A stretch of 62,339 bases of DNA from Gallionellales bacterium RIFCSPLOWO2_02_FULL_57_47 (GCA_001801175.1 MGWZ01000095.1:1-62339), one strand, 5' to 3'. Shown: positions 20,638-35,142, numbered from the stretch's first letter. The notes: generated from the sequence alone by a model not told the origin. Translations and numbers: made by a program.

Positions 20638-21481
20638 ATGTTTTTCAAATCGAGATTTTCTTCAATCAACCCTTGGCGCTTGACCGTTTCGTCCAGCACC
20701 ATCAGCGTTTGCAGCAGCGCCTTGATATGCCCGAGAGGGAAAGCGTTCGGCCCGTCCGACAACGCTTTGGAGGGGTCGGGATGTGTTTCCATGAACAGGC
20801 CGGAAATCCCCGCCGCGACCGCCGCGCGCGCCAGCACCGGCACAAACTCGCGCTGCCCGCCGCTGACCGTTCCCTGCCCGCCGGGCAACTGCACCGAGTG
20901 CGTGGCGTCGAACACCACCGGGCAACCGGTGTTGCGCATTACCGCCAGCGAGCGCATGTCCGATACCAGGTTGTTGTAGCCGAATGATGCGCCGCGTTCG
21001 CACACCATGATGTTGTCCTGGCCGCTAGCCTCGCGCGCCTTCTCCACCACGTTTTTCATGTCCCACGGCGACAGGAACTGTCCCTTCTTGATGTTTACCG
21101 GGCGGCCGCTGCTTGCGGCAGCGTGGATGAAATCGGTCTGGCGGCACAGGAAGGCGGGGGTTTGCAGCACGTCCACGACCGCTGCGACCGGTGCGATTTC
21201 TTCGATGTCATGCACGTCAGTCAGCACCGGCACACCCAGTTGCGCCTTCACTTCGCCGAGGATCTTCAGTCCGGCATCGAGGCCGAAGCCGCGGAACGAT
21301 TTTCCCGAACTGCGGTTGGCCTTGTCGTAGGAAGATTTGTAGATGAACGGCAGGTTCAATTCGCGGCAGATTTCCTGCAACTGACCGGCGGTATCCAGAG
21401 CCATCTGCTGCGATTCGATCACGCACGGACCGGCGATCAGGAACAGCGGCTTGTCCAGGCCGACAAAGAAGTTGCAAAGTT

Positions 21482-21485
<4 letters not shown>
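20634..21485 (-). CDS. kdsA: KDO8P synthase
   Basis: [25 protein letters not shown]. Confidence 0.97.
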
Positions 21486-23283
<1,798 letters not shown>

Positions 23284-23505
23284 TCAGGCGGGCAAATCCT
23301 TCTCTCTATACACCATTTGAGCCGCCTTTCACGAAAGGCTAGCATGCACAGTGCCGCAAGATGCGGTGATAGCCAGCCACTTGGCAATCGTTTTTTGATT
23401 GCTTAGTGGAATGGCTGGAAGTTCTATCAGACACGAACCGCATCAATCGCGAACGATGCGGTTCCTTCGTCACCGCATCCTGCCGGGTTCAAGAATCGCG
23501 CAAAC

Positions 23506-23534
23506 AAAAACTCCCGCACTTGCGGGAGTTTTTT
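23506..23534. terminator. Intrinsic terminator of the nuo operon
   Basis: AAAAACTCCCGC-actt-GCGGGAGTTTTTT downstream of nuoN. Confidence 0.8.
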
Positions 23535-23554
23535 GCATAAAGACAGGAAACGGA

Positions 23555-25012
23555 TCAGTGCAACAACAGGGATTGCTGGACAGACGCGGCGCAAGCCGAC
23601 ATCAGCGCGTTGGGCAGCAGACCGAGCACCAGCACACCCAGGCCGTTGGCGCTCATCAGCAGCGCGGTATCCTGCCCGTAAGTAATCGGCGCGTGGCTTT
23701 CCGGCGCGTCGAAATACATCAGTTTGACGATGCGCAGATAGTAAAACGCGCCGATTAGCGAAAAAATCACCGCAGCGACGGCCAGCCAGATGTGTCCCGC
23801 ATGCACCACGGCGCTCAGCACGGAAAATTTTGCGTAAAAACCGACCGTGGGCGGCACGCCGGCCATCGAAAACATCAGCAGCAGCATCAGGAAGGCGAGC
23901 CACGGGCTGCGCCGGCTGAGCCCCTTGAAATCATCGAGGGTATCGGCCTCGAAACCGTCCGCGCGCGACAGCAGCAGGATCATGCCGAACGCGCCCAGCG
24001 ACATCAGCGCGTACACCACGGCATAGAACATCGACGCTCCATAACCTTCGATGCTGCCGCTCAGCAAGCCGAGCAGCAGGAATCCCATGTGCGTAATGGT
24101 GGAGTAGGCGAACATGCGTTTGAGGTTGGTTTGTGCAATCGCGGAGAAGTTGCCGAGTGCCATCGAGGCAACCGCAAGAATGATCAGCATGCCTGACCAG
24201 TGTTGCACCAGGTCTTGCAGACCTTCGACCAGAATGCGCGCAGCAAAGGCAAAGGCGGCAAGTTTGGGAGCCGAGCCGATCAGCATGGTTATCGCGGTTG
24301 GCGCACCCTGGTACACGTCGGGCACCCACATATGGAAGGGCACTACGCCAAGTTTGAAGGCCAGGCCGCAGACCACGAACACCAGGCCGAACACCTGCAA
24401 ATTCTTGTCCGCCGCACCGGTCTGGATCGCATGCGCCACCGCGCCCAGCTCCAGCGAACCGGTCGCGCCATACAGCATGGACATGCCGTACAACAACAGG
24501 CAGGAAGCCAGCGAGCCCAGCACAAAGTATTTCGTTGCGGCTTCGATCGCGCTGGAGGAATCGCGTTGCAAGGCGACTATCGTATACAGGCTCAGGGAGA
24601 GCAGCTCCAGCCCGAGATACAGCGTGAGGAAGTTGTTGGCGGAGATCATCACCATCATGCCGAGCAGGGCGAACAGGACCAGCACCATGAACTCGCCGGT
24701 GAACAGGCCGCGCGCGGTGAGATACAGGCGCGAATACACCAGCATCATGGACAACGCCAGGCAGGTCAGAAGTTTCAGCACATCGGACATCGCATCGTCT
24801 ACGAACATGTTGTGAAAGGCATAGACCACGCCGTTTTCGTGCGTGCCGACGATAATCAGCGAACAGCCCAGCAGGGTGAGTTGCACCAGCAGGTAGGTGA
24901 CCATCCTGCCGCTTTGCCTGATCATCAAGTCCGCAATCAGTATCGCGCACGCCATGGTCAGCACGAAGACCTCGGGGAGCACAGGCAATAAGTCAGATAT
25001 TACAAAGTTCAT
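23555..25012 (-). CDS. nuoN: NADH-quinone oxidoreductase subunit N
   Basis: GLELLS, FKLG..PFHMW.PDVY.GAP, PKLA, GFYAK. Confidence 0.95.
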   Translation of the reverse strand: MNFVISDLLPVLPEVFVLTMACAILIADLMIRQSGRMVTYLLVQLTLLGCSLIIVGTHENGVVYAFHNMFVDDAMSDVLKLLTCLALSMMLVYSRLYLTARGLFTGEFMVLVLFALLGMMVMISANNFLTLYLGLELLSLSLYTIVALQRDSSSAIEAATKYFVLGSLASCLLLYGMSMLYGATGSLELGAVAHAIQTGAADKNLQVFGLVFVVCGLAFKLGVVPFHMWVPDVYQGAPTAITMLIGSAPKLAAFAFAARILVEGLQDLVQHWSGMLIILAVASMALGNFSAIAQTNLKRMFAYSTITHMGFLLLGLLSGSIEGYGASMFYAVVYALMSLGAFGMILLLSRADGFEADTLDDFKGLSRRSPWLAFLMLLLMFSMAGVPPTVGFYAKFSVLSAVVHAGHIWLAVAAVIFSLIGAFYYLRIVKLMYFDAPESHAPITYGQDTALLMSANGLGVLVLGLLPNALMSACAASVQQSLLLH

Positions 25013-26652
25013 AGCGTCTGTTTCCGATCCCAGTTAGCGATTTGGCAAGGCAATGCACGGCACGCGTCCGCAGATGTCCGGTTCACTGCAACGGGGTTCG
25101 CCGCTGCGGCATGCTGGGGTTTCAGTTCGCGCATCGGCGGAAGCACTGCATCATTAAGCCCTTCGATATTTTTGGCGCCCCGGATCGCCGACACATCCGT
25201 CACGAGGTGCTCTACGCTCGCACGCACCCTGTCGAGAAACGGCTGCGGGTTGAACCCGATCCAGAATACCAGCACCAGCAGCGGCACCAGCGTTGCGATT
25301 TCGCGGCCGTTGAGGTCGGTAACGACAACATCATCCTTCCTGGTCGATTCCCCCCAGACCACCCGTTGCAGCATCCAGAGCATGTAGGCCACAGTAAGCA
25401 CTACCCCGCCGATGGCAATTGCCCCGGCCAGCAGGCTGGATTTAAACGATCCGACCAGCACCAGGAATTCCCCGACAAACGAATTCGTCCCGGGAAGCCC
25501 GAAGGAAGCGAACGAAAAAATAGCCAGCAGCGTCACATAAATCGGCACCGTCATCCGCAACCCTCCGCAGTCCGAGATAAGCCGGCTGTGGGTTCTCTCA
25601 TAGAGCATGCCCACCATAAGAAACAGCGCCCCGGTGGTGATCCCGTGGTTAACCATCTGAAGAATTGCCCCTTCGATACCCTCGGAGTTGAAGACGAATA
25701 TTCCCAGCGTAACAAATCCCATATGCCCCACGCTGGAATAGGCGACCAGCTTCTTGAGATCGGTCTGCACCAGCGCCATGTATGAACCCCAGATGATGGC
25801 AATCAACGACAGGCTCAGGATGACCGGCGCAAAATCATGGCTCGCATCGGGAGTTATCGGCAAACTGAACCGCAGAAACCCGTAGGTGCCCAGCTTCAGC
25901 ATCACGCTTGCCAGCATCACGCTACCGGCAGTGGGCGCCTCGACGTGGGCATCGGGCAGCCAGGTGTGGAACGGGAACATCGGGACCTTGATCGCGAAAC
26001 CCAGGAAGAACGCCCAGAAGACCCAGAACTGGAACGTAGAGCTGTAGGAACCTTTGGAAAGCTCCTGGATGTCAAATGTCTCGCCACCGGTGAAATACAG
26101 CGCCAGGATTGCCACCAGCATCGGAAGGCTTCCTGCCATCGTGTAGAGGAAGAACTTCAGCGCGGCATATACCCGGCGCTGGCCGCCCCATACTCCGATA
26201 ATCAGCAGCATCGGGATGAGCTCCGCTTCCCAGAAGACGTAGAACAGGACCAGGTCGAGCGACACAAAGACTCCGATCAGCGCCGCTTCCATGATCAGGA
26301 TTGCGATCATGTACTCCTTGACCCGGGTATCGATGGCCTTCCATGAACAGAGCACGCACATCGGGGTAATCAGGGTGGTGAGCAGCACCAGCAGCACACT
26401 GATACCGTCCACACCGACGGCATAGTTGACATTGAAAGCCGGTATCCAGGGCACCCGCGTGACAAACTGCATCTCGTGGGAAGCGGTATCAAAGTTAAAC
26501 CACAGCGGAAGCGAAACGACAAACACCAGCAAGGAAAAAGCGAGTGCGATCCGGCGTGTCCAATCATCATTTCGCGGGGCAAAGCCGATTACCGCCGCGC
26601 CGAGGACGGGGAGAAATATAAGCAAACTTAACAGGTTGGATTCGTGCATCAC
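25009..26652 (-). CDS. nuoM: NADH-quinone oxidoreductase subunit M with about 55-aa C-terminal extension
   Basis: [29 protein letters not shown]12 Glu (FVGEF) NuoM signature. Confidence 0.92.
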   Translation of the reverse strand: MMHESNLLSLLIFLPVLGAAVIGFAPRNDDWTRRIALAFSLLVFVVSLPLWFNFDTASHEMQFVTRVPWIPAFNVNYAVGVDGISVLLVLLTTLITPMCVLCSWKAIDTRVKEYMIAILIMEAALIGVFVSLDLVLFYVFWEAELIPMLLIIGVWGGQRRVYAALKFFLYTMAGSLPMLVAILALYFTGGETFDIQELSKGSYSSTFQFWVFWAFFLGFAIKVPMFPFHTWLPDAHVEAPTAGSVMLASVMLKLGTYGFLRFSLPITPDASHDFAPVILSLSLIAIIWGSYMALVQTDLKKLVAYSSVGHMGFVTLGIFVFNSEGIEGAILQMVNHGITTGALFLMVGMLYERTHSRLISDCGGLRMTVPIYVTLLAIFSFASFGLPGTNSFVGEFLVLVGSFKSSLLAGAIAIGGVVLTVAYMLWMLQRVVWGESTRKDDVVVTDLNGREIATLVPLLVLVFWIGFNPQPFLDRVRASVEHLVTDVSAIRGAKNIEGLNDAVLPPMRELKPQHAAAANPVAVNRTSADACRALPCQIANWDRKQTL

Positions 26653-26661
26653 GCTTTAACC

Positions 26662-28407
26662 TCAGAACAGTGAATAAAGGCTCAGGATTAATAGTGATCC
26701 CACCATAACCAGGGCATATTGCTGGAGCTGTCCGGTCTGCACCTGCCGCAGCACGCCTGCCCAGCGCACCACCACGGCTGCAATGGCGTTGACCGCCCCG
26801 TCAATAACGTGCTTGTCGAGCCAGAGCCCTTTAATGCCCATTACCAGATTGCCGCGGAACACAGAGCGGTACACCTGAATAAACCAGTCCTCGATGGGAA
26901 CTACCACGCGGTACACAAACTGCATGAATAGGGCTGCTCCCTTCCGGTAGAACCAGTCCGTATCCAGGCTGATCATGGGCGATCCACCGAGGTGTTTGAC
27001 CAGCATGAAGAACCCCAGACCGGTGAACAGCAGTATCTGCAAGGCCCAGACAACGTGGGTTGCCGTGTAAGCATGGTATTCGGCCTTCTCCGGCAGCATG
27101 TTATATAGCCAATCGGGATAGACACCGATGAAGATACACAAAAATGCGGCAATTCCCATCGCTACCAGCATGTTGCGCGGCGGTTCGGTTGGTCTCGCTC
27201 CGCAGTCATCGCCGAGGAAGGTGAAATAAGGCAGTTTCAGCCCGGTATGGAGGAACGTTCCGGCGGAAGCCAGCGAGAGCAGCAGCCATATCCAGGTCAG
27301 ATGCAGATCGGCTGCGGCCGACACTTCCATCGACTTGCTGACGAATCCGCTGAACAGCGGAAAAGCCGAAATCGAGAAGCCGCCTATCATGTAAAGGACA
27401 AAAGTCACGGGCATGTAACGGTATATTCCTCCCAGTTCGCTCAGCTTGCTGCGCCCGGTCATCTGAATGACTGCACCCGCCCCCATGAAGAGCAGTCCCT
27501 TGTATAGGATGTGCGTGAAAGCATGCGCGACCGCGCCGTTGATGGCCAGTGCGGTCCCCATCCCGACGGCGGCGACCATATAGCCCACCTGGCTGATGAT
27601 GTGGTAGCCGAGCAGCCTGCGAATATCGTTGGCCAGCACGGCGAACACCACGCCGTAGAGCGCCATGATCGTTCCCAGCCAGATGAGTATCTCGGTCCCG
27701 GGATAGCCGCGAATCAGCGCATACACCGCCGTTTTCGTGGTGAAGGCGCTCAGGAAAACCGCGCCCGTCACCGTCGCCTCGGGGTAGGCATCGGTCAGCC
27801 ATGCGTGCAGCGGAGGGACCGCAGCGTTGAGCATGAATCCGATCAGGATCAGATAGGACGCCACGCCATGCCCCTGCAACTTATCGAAGCTGATCGATCC
27901 GGTCGTCACGGAAAGGATCACGATGCCGGCAAGAAGCACCACGCCGCCGACGGCATGCACCAGCAGATAGCGGTAGCCGGCTTCGATCGAGGCCTTTACC
28001 CGACGCGCCCAGATGAGCCAGACCGAGGCGAACGCCATCAGCTCCCAGAAGACAAACAGCGTCAGGAGGTCGCCGGCAAACGTTACGCCGAGCGATGACC
28101 CGGCATAGACGAACGCGGCGATATGCTGGGTAACATCCTTGACATGCATCGCGTAGATCGCCCCGATCAGCGCCGCGATCGAGAACACGTAAGCGAAAGC
28201 TAGGCTGAGCTTGTCCGCCCGGCCGAAGATCAGTTCAAATCCGAGAAATTTGACAGCACCATGGACGCCGGGCGACATCAGCATCACCGTCACCAGTGCA
28301 AGCACCGGCAGGAGGACAACATATATCTGCTGCACTCTCCCCCTGAAGAAAGGGATGAGGAATGCCCCAAAAATGAGGAAAACCGAAGGATGCAGCCATT
28401 CAATCAT
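26662..28407 (-). CDS. Mrp/NuoL-superfamily antiporter-like subunit carrying a NuoL-type lateral-helix C-terminus
   Basis: FWELMA, WLTDAYPEA, HILYKGLLF, GFVSK; tail IDGAVN..LRQVQTGQLQQYA. Confidence 0.85.
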   Translation of the reverse strand: MIEWLHPSVFLIFGAFLIPFFRGRVQQIYVVLLPVLALVTVMLMSPGVHGAVKFLGFELIFGRADKLSLAFAYVFSIAALIGAIYAMHVKDVTQHIAAFVYAGSSLGVTFAGDLLTLFVFWELMAFASVWLIWARRVKASIEAGYRYLLVHAVGGVVLLAGIVILSVTTGSISFDKLQGHGVASYLILIGFMLNAAVPPLHAWLTDAYPEATVTGAVFLSAFTTKTAVYALIRGYPGTEILIWLGTIMALYGVVFAVLANDIRRLLGYHIISQVGYMVAAVGMGTALAINGAVAHAFTHILYKGLLFMGAGAVIQMTGRSKLSELGGIYRYMPVTFVLYMIGGFSISAFPLFSGFVSKSMEVSAAADLHLTWIWLLLSLASAGTFLHTGLKLPYFTFLGDDCGARPTEPPRNMLVAMGIAAFLCIFIGVYPDWLYNMLPEKAEYHAYTATHVVWALQILLFTGLGFFMLVKHLGGSPMISLDTDWFYRKGAALFMQFVYRVVVPIEDWFIQVYRSVFRGNLVMGIKGLWLDKHVIDGAVNAIAAVVVRWAGVLRQVQTGQLQQYALVMVGSLLILSLYSLF

Positions 28408-28651
28408 TGTAGTATTCCTCGGAACGTTCCAGCCAAAAGTGTCCCAATGCCTTCGAAATAACGACGATCAGGACACAGGAAATGAACCCGTAGACGGCGC
28501 TGAATCCCGGGATATCGTCCCAGAAGAAAACATGGTGGTGCCGCTCAATGAAAAAATCGATCACGACCGTGAGCGCCAGAACCGCATAAGCGACCCGCTT
28601 CAGCGTCCTGGTGTTAGCCATCATGTATTCCAGAATTTTGCCAATATTCAT
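28400..28651 (-). CDS. Small two-TM membrane protein of the nuo/Mrp cassette
   Basis: Two hydrophobic helices, WDDIPGFSAVYGF, R.E.YY end; overlaps both neighbours. Confidence 0.8.
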   Translation of the reverse strand: MNIGKILEYMMANTRTLKRVAYAVLALTVVIDFFIERHHHVFFWDDIPGFSAVYGFISCVLIVVISKALGHFWLERSEEYYND

Positions 28652-30138
28652 CGCAGTAGACCCACCTTGATTAAATTGAGGAAGTGGTCGGGAAAGATGC
28701 CGAGCACTACCGTTCCAGCCGCCGTAATCAGCAACGGTACAAGTACTTTTAAGGGCGCTTCGCTGATACCTTCATGCCCGTCCTCCGGAGGAGTCCCGAA
28801 CACAGCCTTGTAGACGACCGGTGCGAAGTACGCCACGTTGAGCAGGCTGCTGGTCAGCAGCACGCCCAGCAGCACCCAGCTCTTGGTCTCGATGGTGCCA
28901 ATGGCGATATGCCACTTGGTGATGAATCCGGCGAACAGCGGCACGCCAATAATGCTGAGTGAAGCGATGGTGAAGGCCGCGATCGTCCACGGCATTTTCC
29001 GTGCGATCCCGGACATTTGACTGATGTTGGTCTTGTGCGACGCGACATAGATCGAGCCTGCGCAGAAAAACAGCGTAATTTTTGTAACGGCATGATTCAC
29101 GATGTGAATTATGCCGCCGATGATACCGTTGCCCGTCAGCAATGCCACCCCCAGCACGATGTACGAGAGCTGACTCACTGTGGAATAGGCCAGCCGCATC
29201 TTGAGATTGTCCTGGGTCAGCGCATAGGCCGACGACGCCAGGATGGTGATGGAGGCGATAATGGCCGTGTAGTCACCCAGGTGGAGATTCTGCATCAGCG
29301 GAACCCCGAAGACGTCAGTCACCAACCGGACGATACAGAATGCGCCAACCTTTACCACCGCCACGGCGTGGAGCAGAGCGCTTACCGGCGTCGGCGCCAC
29401 CATCGCGGAGGGAAGCCAGTTGTGCATCGGCATCAATCCGGCCTTGGCAAAGCCGTACAGGAACATGAAATACATCACTGTCAGGAGTGTCGCAATCTCC
29501 ATCCCCGAGAACGTCGTCGCCGTTAATCCCGAGAACATCCCCGCCTTGTTGAAGTCCAGTGTTCCGGTAAGCGTATACGTCAGGATGATGGCGCCCAGCA
29601 GGATGCTGCTCGATGCGCCCACCAGATAAAGCAGGTATTTGCGGCCCGCATCCCAGTCTTTGGCGCCTTCATTGTGAATAACCAGCGGCAGAGTGCACAG
29701 GCTCAGTATTTCGTAGAAGAAGAACAGCGTAAACAGATTCCCCGCAAAGGCGACCCCCATGGCCGAAGAAAGGGCAATGGCAAAGCAGGTGTAATACCTC
29801 GTCTGGGCATGCTCCTCGAGGGTACGCATGTAGCCCATCGAATAAACCGTCGTGATAATCCACAGGAATGAGGACGTGGTGGCGAACAGCAGACCGATGC
29901 CGTCCACCTTGAAGGCGAGCTCTACGCCGGGAAGGATTTTGAAGACCGTATACTGGATTATTCCCCCGGAAAGAATCACCGGGGTCATGGATACCACGAT
30001 CAGGAACTTGATGACTCCCGCACCGAGTGACCAGCCCTCTCTCAGGTTTGGCCTCCGGTAGGACAACATGACCAGCACGGCGGCAATTGCCGAGACCAGC
30101 ACAGCCAGGAGAGGCTTAATCGAAATCAGTGTTTCCAT
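28648..30138 (-). CDS. Monovalent cation/H+ antiporter subunit (MrpA/D-NuoL-like core, no lateral helix)
   Basis: FYEIL, AKAG.MPMHNWLPSAMVAPTPVSALLHAVAVVK, LAYSTVSQL, GFITK. Confidence 0.88.
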   Translation of the reverse strand: METLISIKPLLAVLVSAIAAVLVMLSYRRPNLREGWSLGAGVIKFLIVVSMTPVILSGGIIQYTVFKILPGVELAFKVDGIGLLFATTSSFLWIITTVYSMGYMRTLEEHAQTRYYTCFAIALSSAMGVAFAGNLFTLFFFYEILSLCTLPLVIHNEGAKDWDAGRKYLLYLVGASSSILLGAIILTYTLTGTLDFNKAGMFSGLTATTFSGMEIATLLTVMYFMFLYGFAKAGLMPMHNWLPSAMVAPTPVSALLHAVAVVKVGAFCIVRLVTDVFGVPLMQNLHLGDYTAIIASITILASSAYALTQDNLKMRLAYSTVSQLSYIVLGVALLTGNGIIGGIIHIVNHAVTKITLFFCAGSIYVASHKTNISQMSGIARKMPWTIAAFTIASLSIIGVPLFAGFITKWHIAIGTIETKSWVLLGVLLTSSLLNVAYFAPVVYKAVFGTPPEDGHEGISEAPLKVLVPLLITAAGTVVLGIFPDHFLNLIKVGLLR

Positions 30139-30272
30139 GTGTTTATCCGGTTCATCTTTGCAAGTGGAAAAGCGGCAAAATCATATTTCGCCGGGTTAAC
30201 CGCCCGCAGTAAAGAATAAAGACTATTTTTCATCATTATTGTCACCATTATCGTAGCGGTACCGACGGTCAT
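30126..30272 (-). CDS. Putative 48-aa AT-rich bridging mini-ORF between nuoK and the antiporter cassette
   Basis: ATG overlaps the nuoK TGA (ATGA); frame stays open to 13 nt past the next ATG. Confidence 0.3.
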   Translation of the reverse strand: MTVGTATIMVTIMMKNSLYSLLRAVNPAKYDFAAFPLAKMNRINTWKH

Positions 30273-30574
30273 CCTTTCAGTTCGGTCCAATCGGCCACTT
30301 CGATCGTCTGCCGATTGCGGAAAAGCAGCACAACGATGGCAAGCCCAATGGCCGCCTCGGCAGCGGCAACCACCAATATGAAAAAGACGAATATCTGGCC
30401 GGCGGGATCTCCCCGATAGTGCGAGAAAGCGATGAAATTCGTATTCACCGCCAGCAGCATCAACTCGATCGCCATCAACACATTGATGATGTTCTTCCGT
30501 TTGAACAGAATACCGGCAACACCCATGCAGAAGATGACCGCTCCAAGAATCAGGAAATCCGAAAGAACGATCAT
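30269..30574 (-). CDS. nuoK: NADH-quinone oxidoreductase subunit K
   Basis: [23 protein letters not shown]. Confidence 0.95.
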   Translation of the reverse strand: MIVLSDFLILGAVIFCMGVAGILFKRKNIINVLMAIELMLLAVNTNFIAFSHYRGDPAGQIFVFFILVVAAAEAAIGLAIVVLLFRNRQTIEVADWTELKG

Positions 30575-31203
30575 TGCGCCACCCCTGCTGTGCTGTCTGA
30601 CTTCTGTGCGTGCTTCTCCGCAGACATCTTGACCACGCGCAAGCGATCCGCTTTCCTGACCGCGACCTGTTCGGGTACCACCTGCGATTTTGCATCCTTG
30701 CGGCGGCGCGAGGTCAAAGCAATTGCAGCCACCATCGCTACCAGCAGAATCACTGCGGCAATCTCAAACGGGTAAACATAATCGGTATAAATCAAACGCC
30801 CCAATTCCTTGGTATTGCTGTAATCGGCAGCATGCTTGATGACCTCCTTGCCACCGGATATTTTGGAGGAACCCAGCACCCAGATCATCTCGAATGCCAT
30901 CAAGCCGGCCAACACCGCACCGAAGGGCAGCCAGCGCCAGAAACCTTCGCGCAGCTGCACCAGATTAATATCCAGCATCATCACCACAAACAGGAACAGC
31001 ACCATTACCGCGCCGACATACACCAATACCAGAGTGATGGCGAGAAACTCGGCCTCCAGCAGTATCCAGACACCGGCCATGCTGCAAAATGCCAGCACCA
31101 GGAACAGCGCGGCATGCACCGGGTTGCGCGCGGTAACCACGCGCGAGGCCGCGATCACGGCCAATGCGGCGAATACATAAAACACGACTGTTTCAAAATT
31201 CAT
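30571..31203 (-). CDS. nuoJ: NADH-quinone oxidoreductase subunit J
   Basis: [27 protein letters not shown]. Confidence 0.95.
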   Translation of the reverse strand: MNFETVVFYVFAALAVIAASRVVTARNPVHAALFLVLAFCSMAGVWILLEAEFLAITLVLVYVGAVMVLFLFVVMMLDINLVQLREGFWRWLPFGAVLAGLMAFEMIWVLGSSKISGGKEVIKHAADYSNTKELGRLIYTDYVYPFEIAAVILLVAMVAAIALTSRRRKDAKSQVVPEQVAVRKADRLRVVKMSAEKHAQKSDSTAGVAQ

Positions 31204-31243
31204 GAACTTGCCCTCTATCTCTGTTCAATACCAATTGGCCTGC

Positions 31244-31732
31244 TTACCGATACTTGGCATCGGCTGCCCGATCCCTGGCGATTTGCTCTTCATATTTATC
31301 GCCCAGCGCCAGCAGCATAGTCTTGGTGTAATACAGGTCGCCTGGCTTTTCGCCGTGATACTCGAACATGCGCGTTTCGACGATTGCATCCACCGGGCAG
31401 GACTCCTCGCAGAAACCGCAAAAGATGCATTTGTACAGGTCGATGTCATATTGCGTGGTGCGGCGCGTACCGTCCTCGCGCTCGGCAATTTCTATTTTGA
31501 TGGCCAGCGCCGGACAGATTGCCTCGCACAGTTTGCAGCCGATGCATCGCTCTTCACCGTTGGCATAGCGACGCTGCGCGTGCAGGCCGCGAAAGCGGAA
31601 ACTCTGCGGAGTCTTCTCTTCCGGGTACTGCACGGTAATCTTGCGCGCAAAGAAATACCGCCCGGTCAGTGCCATGCCCTTGACCAGCTCGAACAGCAGG
31701 AAGGTTTTGAAGAAGTTTGTTATTTTTTCCAT
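31244..31732 (-). CDS. nuoI: NADH-quinone oxidoreductase subunit I
   Basis: Two CxxCxxCxxxCP motifs. Confidence 0.97.
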   Translation of the reverse strand: MEKITNFFKTFLLFELVKGMALTGRYFFARKITVQYPEEKTPQSFRFRGLHAQRRYANGEERCIGCKLCEAICPALAIKIEIAEREDGTRRTTQYDIDLYKCIFCGFCEESCPVDAIVETRMFEYHGEKPGDLYYTKTMLLALGDKYEEQIARDRAADAKYR

Positions 31733-31747
31733 ATTTGTTTCCTCCGC

Positions 31748-32788
31748 TTACCAGACCCACAGCGGGGTTTGCATCCACGCGGCAACCACCACCACCCAGA
31801 CGATGGTGATCGGAATGAATACTTTCCAGCCCAGCCGCATCAACTGGTCATAGCGGTAGCGTGGGAAGGTTGCGCGAAACCACAGGAACAGAAGCAGAAT
31901 GAAGGAAACCTTGCCCAGCAGCCAGATGGAGCCGTTCGGCAAAAACGGAACCGGCGACAGCCAGCCGCCCAGAAACATGATCGAGGTGAGGAAGGCGATC
32001 AGGATCATGTTGGCGTATTCGGCCAGGAAGAACAGCGCGAATGCCATGCCGGAATATTCCACATGGAAACCCGCGACGATTTCCGATTCGCCTTCGGCCA
32101 TGTCGAACGGCGCGCGGTTGGTCTCGGCCACGCCGGAAATCAGATACACCAGGAACATCGGGAACAGCGGCAGCAGATACCAGTTCAGCATGCCGAAACG
32201 GCCTTGCTGGCCGTTCACGATATCGCCCAGGTTCATGCTTTGCGAAGCCATCAGCACACATACCAGCGCAAACCCCATCGCGATTTCATACGACACGATC
32301 TGCGCCGCGGAACGCACCGCACCGAGAAATGCGTATTTTGAGTTGGATGCCCAGCCGGCGATGATGATGCCGTACACTCCCAGCGAGGTCATCGCCAAAA
32401 TATACAACAGGCCCGCGTTGAGGTTGGACAGCACCATTCCGTCTGTGAACGGCACCACCGCCCACGCCGCCAGCGATGGAGCCAGCGCCATGATCGGTGC
32501 CAGAACAAACAGAAATTTGCTGGAACCGCTCGGGACGATGATTTCCTTGAAAAACAATTTCACGCCGTCGGCAATCGGTTGCAGCAGCCCGAAATATCCG
32601 ACACGATTCGGGCCGATGCGGATCTGCATGTAGCCGATAACCTTGCGTTCAGCAAGTGTCAGATAAGCGACCCCAACCATGATCGGCACTATGATCGCCA
32701 TGATTTTGACCAGCGTCCAGACCGGCAGCCATGCCGGGCCGAGCAACTCTTGACCGGTCTGCAGCAGAGTTTGCAGCAATTCCATCAT
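31748..32788 (-). CDS. nuoH: NADH-quinone oxidoreductase subunit H
   Basis: [24 protein letters not shown]. Confidence 0.97.
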   Translation of the reverse strand: MMELLQTLLQTGQELLGPAWLPVWTLVKIMAIIVPIMVGVAYLTLAERKVIGYMQIRIGPNRVGYFGLLQPIADGVKLFFKEIIVPSGSSKFLFVLAPIMALAPSLAAWAVVPFTDGMVLSNLNAGLLYILAMTSLGVYGIIIAGWASNSKYAFLGAVRSAAQIVSYEIAMGFALVCVLMASQSMNLGDIVNGQQGRFGMLNWYLLPLFPMFLVYLISGVAETNRAPFDMAEGESEIVAGFHVEYSGMAFALFFLAEYANMILIAFLTSIMFLGGWLSPVPFLPNGSIWLLGKVSFILLLFLWFRATFPRYRYDQLMRLGWKVFIPITIVWVVVVAAWMQTPLWVW

Positions 32789-35142
32789 GCACGCTCCACA
32801 GTGATTGATCCAAACATCGCACCCAGTTCAGCCGTTGCCGGATGGCCCGCCGCCACGCGCGCGACACCGGCAGGCAGTGAGTCATCCGCAAGGGCGGTCA
32901 GGCGCACGCTGGCGTTGCCCTGGGTCACCCGCACGGCATCGCCCGATTGCACGCCCAGTTTCTGCAACTCGCTGCCACGCATCGTCACGCACGGGGTAGC
33001 TGCATCGCGGGTTTTCTGCAACGAGGCAGCGCGGCGCACCACCGCATCGGCCGAATATATCGGCACGTCTGCCACGCGCTGCAAACCTCCGCTGTTGCCG
33101 CCCGCTACAGCCTGCAACGCTACACCTTCAATGTGATTATTCAGTTTGTCAGCCACGTTCTGACCAGACAGCATCGCATCGCGCACTTCCTCGCTGGTGT
33201 CGTACTCAAATCCCTGCACATCGAGCACGTTGCCCAGTACGCGCAGCACCTTCCAGGCCGGGCGCGCTTCGCCGAGCGGCTTGACCGCTCCCTTGAAACT
33301 CTGCACGCGGCCCTCGGTGTTGACAAAGGTGCCGGAGGTTTCGGTGAACGGCGCGATGGGCAGCAGCACATCGGCGTAATTGGTCGCATGGTGTTTATAG
33401 GCAGACAATGCGACCACCATGTCGGCGGCGTACATCGCGGTCATCGCCTGTTGCGGATTTTGCATATCCAGCTCCGGCTCGACATTCAGCAGGAGATATG
33501 CCTTGCGCGGCGACGCCACCATCTGCGCGGCATTCATGCCCTGCTTGGCCTGTTTCTCGTTGGCTGGGCCGAACGGCACCGCTCCGGCGAGATAACCGCC
33601 GACGCTGTTGGCCGCCTCGCCAAGGAAACCGAATTTCGCGCCGCACAATCCGGCAATCCGCTCCGCCAGCAATGCAATCTGCGTCGCCTGAGGATGCTGC
33701 TGCGCGAAGTTGCCGAGCAGCACCGCGGCGCGTTCGCCGCTTGCCAGGCTCCTGGCAATGGCAGCAGCCTCGCTGCCGACCGTGACGTTCTCGACCCCCT
33801 GCGCGCTGCCCTGCTTCTGGGCAGCCAGCGCCTTGAGGATTTGCGCCAGCATGTTCACCAGTTCGCCCGGCGCGACGATGGCCTTGTTGGCGACCGGCAT
33901 CAGCAGGTCGTCATCGCTGGCATGCACGATATTGGCTTGCGCGCCGCTCTTGACCGCCTGGCGCACACGCTGCGCCAACAAGGGATGATCCTTGCGCAGG
34001 AAGCTGCCGACAATCAGCAAACGGTCGCGGGTGTTGATGTCGGCGACCGGCATACCCAGCCATGGTGCACCGGCCTGTTTGCCATCCAAACTGAAATCGG
34101 ACTGACGCAAGCGGAAATCCACGTTGCCGCTGCCCAAACCGCGTACAAGTTTCTGCAGCAGGTAGAGTTCTTCCAGCGTGCTGTGCGGTGTCGCCAATGC
34201 AGCGATTTGCTCTGCCCCGTGATTATGGGCAATTTGACGCAAACCATGAGCCACATATTCCAGCGCCACCGGCCATTCGACTTCCAGCCACTTGTTGTCC
34301 TGCTTGAGCATCGGTTTGGTCAGGCGCTCAGGCGGATTCAGCCCTTCATAGCTGAACCTGTCCTTGTCGGAAATCCAGCATTCGTTGATAGCTTCGTTTT
34401 CAACAGGAAGAACACGCATCACCTTGTTGTTCTTGACCTGCACCGCCAGATTGGAACCCAGACCGTCATGCGGGCTGACCGACTTGCGCCGCGACAATTC
34501 CCAGTTGCGCGCGGTGTAACGGAACGGCTTGCTGGTCAACGCGCCGACCGGGCACAGGTCGATCATGTTGCCGGACAACTCGGAATCTACCGAACTGTCC
34601 ACAAAGCTCATGATCTCGGCATGTTCGCCGCGGAACGCCATGCCCAGTTCCATCATGCCGGCGATTTCCTGGCCGAAACGCACACAGCGCGTGCACTGGA
34701 TACAGCGGCTCATTTCCACAGTGGAAATCAGCGCGCCGATATCCTTGTGCATCACGATGCGTTTTTCTTCGCTGTAGCGCGACGCCGTCCCGCCGTAGCC
34801 CATCGCCACGTCCTGCAACATGCATTCGCCGCCCTGGTCGCAAATCGGGCAATCCAGCGGGTGGTTGATCAGCAGGAATTCCATCACTCCCTTTTGCGCC
34901 TTGACCGCCATTTCCGAGTGGGTATGAACTTTCATGCCATCGGCAGCCGGCGTCGCGCAGGCAGGCAGCGGCTTGGGCGCCTTTTCCACCTCGACCAGGC
35001 ACATGCGGCAGTTAGCCGCGATGGACAGTTTCTTGTGGTAACAAAAATGCGGGATATGAACGCCAGCCTTGTGCGCCGCGTCCATCACGGTGGAACCGCG
35101 CTCGGTTTCTACCAGCTTGCCATCAATTTCAACGTTGATCAT
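32785..35142 (-). CDS. nuoG: NADH-quinone oxidoreductase subunit G
   Basis: [34 protein letters not shown]. Confidence 0.97.
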   Translation of the reverse strand: MINVEIDGKLVETERGSTVMDAAHKAGVHIPHFCYHKKLSIAANCRMCLVEVEKAPKPLPACATPAADGMKVHTHSEMAVKAQKGVMEFLLINHPLDCPICDQGGECMLQDVAMGYGGTASRYSEEKRIVMHKDIGALISTVEMSRCIQCTRCVRFGQEIAGMMELGMAFRGEHAEIMSFVDSSVDSELSGNMIDLCPVGALTSKPFRYTARNWELSRRKSVSPHDGLGSNLAVQVKNNKVMRVLPVENEAINECWISDKDRFSYEGLNPPERLTKPMLKQDNKWLEVEWPVALEYVAHGLRQIAHNHGAEQIAALATPHSTLEELYLLQKLVRGLGSGNVDFRLRQSDFSLDGKQAGAPWLGMPVADINTRDRLLIVGSFLRKDHPLLAQRVRQAVKSGAQANIVHASDDDLLMPVANKAIVAPGELVNMLAQILKALAAQKQGSAQGVENVTVGSEAAAIARSLASGERAAVLLGNFAQQHPQATQIALLAERIAGLCGAKFGFLGEAANSVGGYLAGAVPFGPANEKQAKQGMNAAQMVASPRKAYLLLNVEPELDMQNPQQAMTAMYAADMVVALSAYKHHATNYADVLLPIAPFTETSGTFVNTEGRVQSFKGAVKPLGEARPAWKVLRVLGNVLDVQGFEYDTSEEVRDAMLSGQNVADKLNNHIEGVALQAVAGGNSGGLQRVADVPIYSADAVVRRAASLQKTRDAATPCVTMRGSELQKLGVQSGDAVRVTQGNASVRLTALADDSLPAGVARVAAGHPATAELGAMFGSITVERA

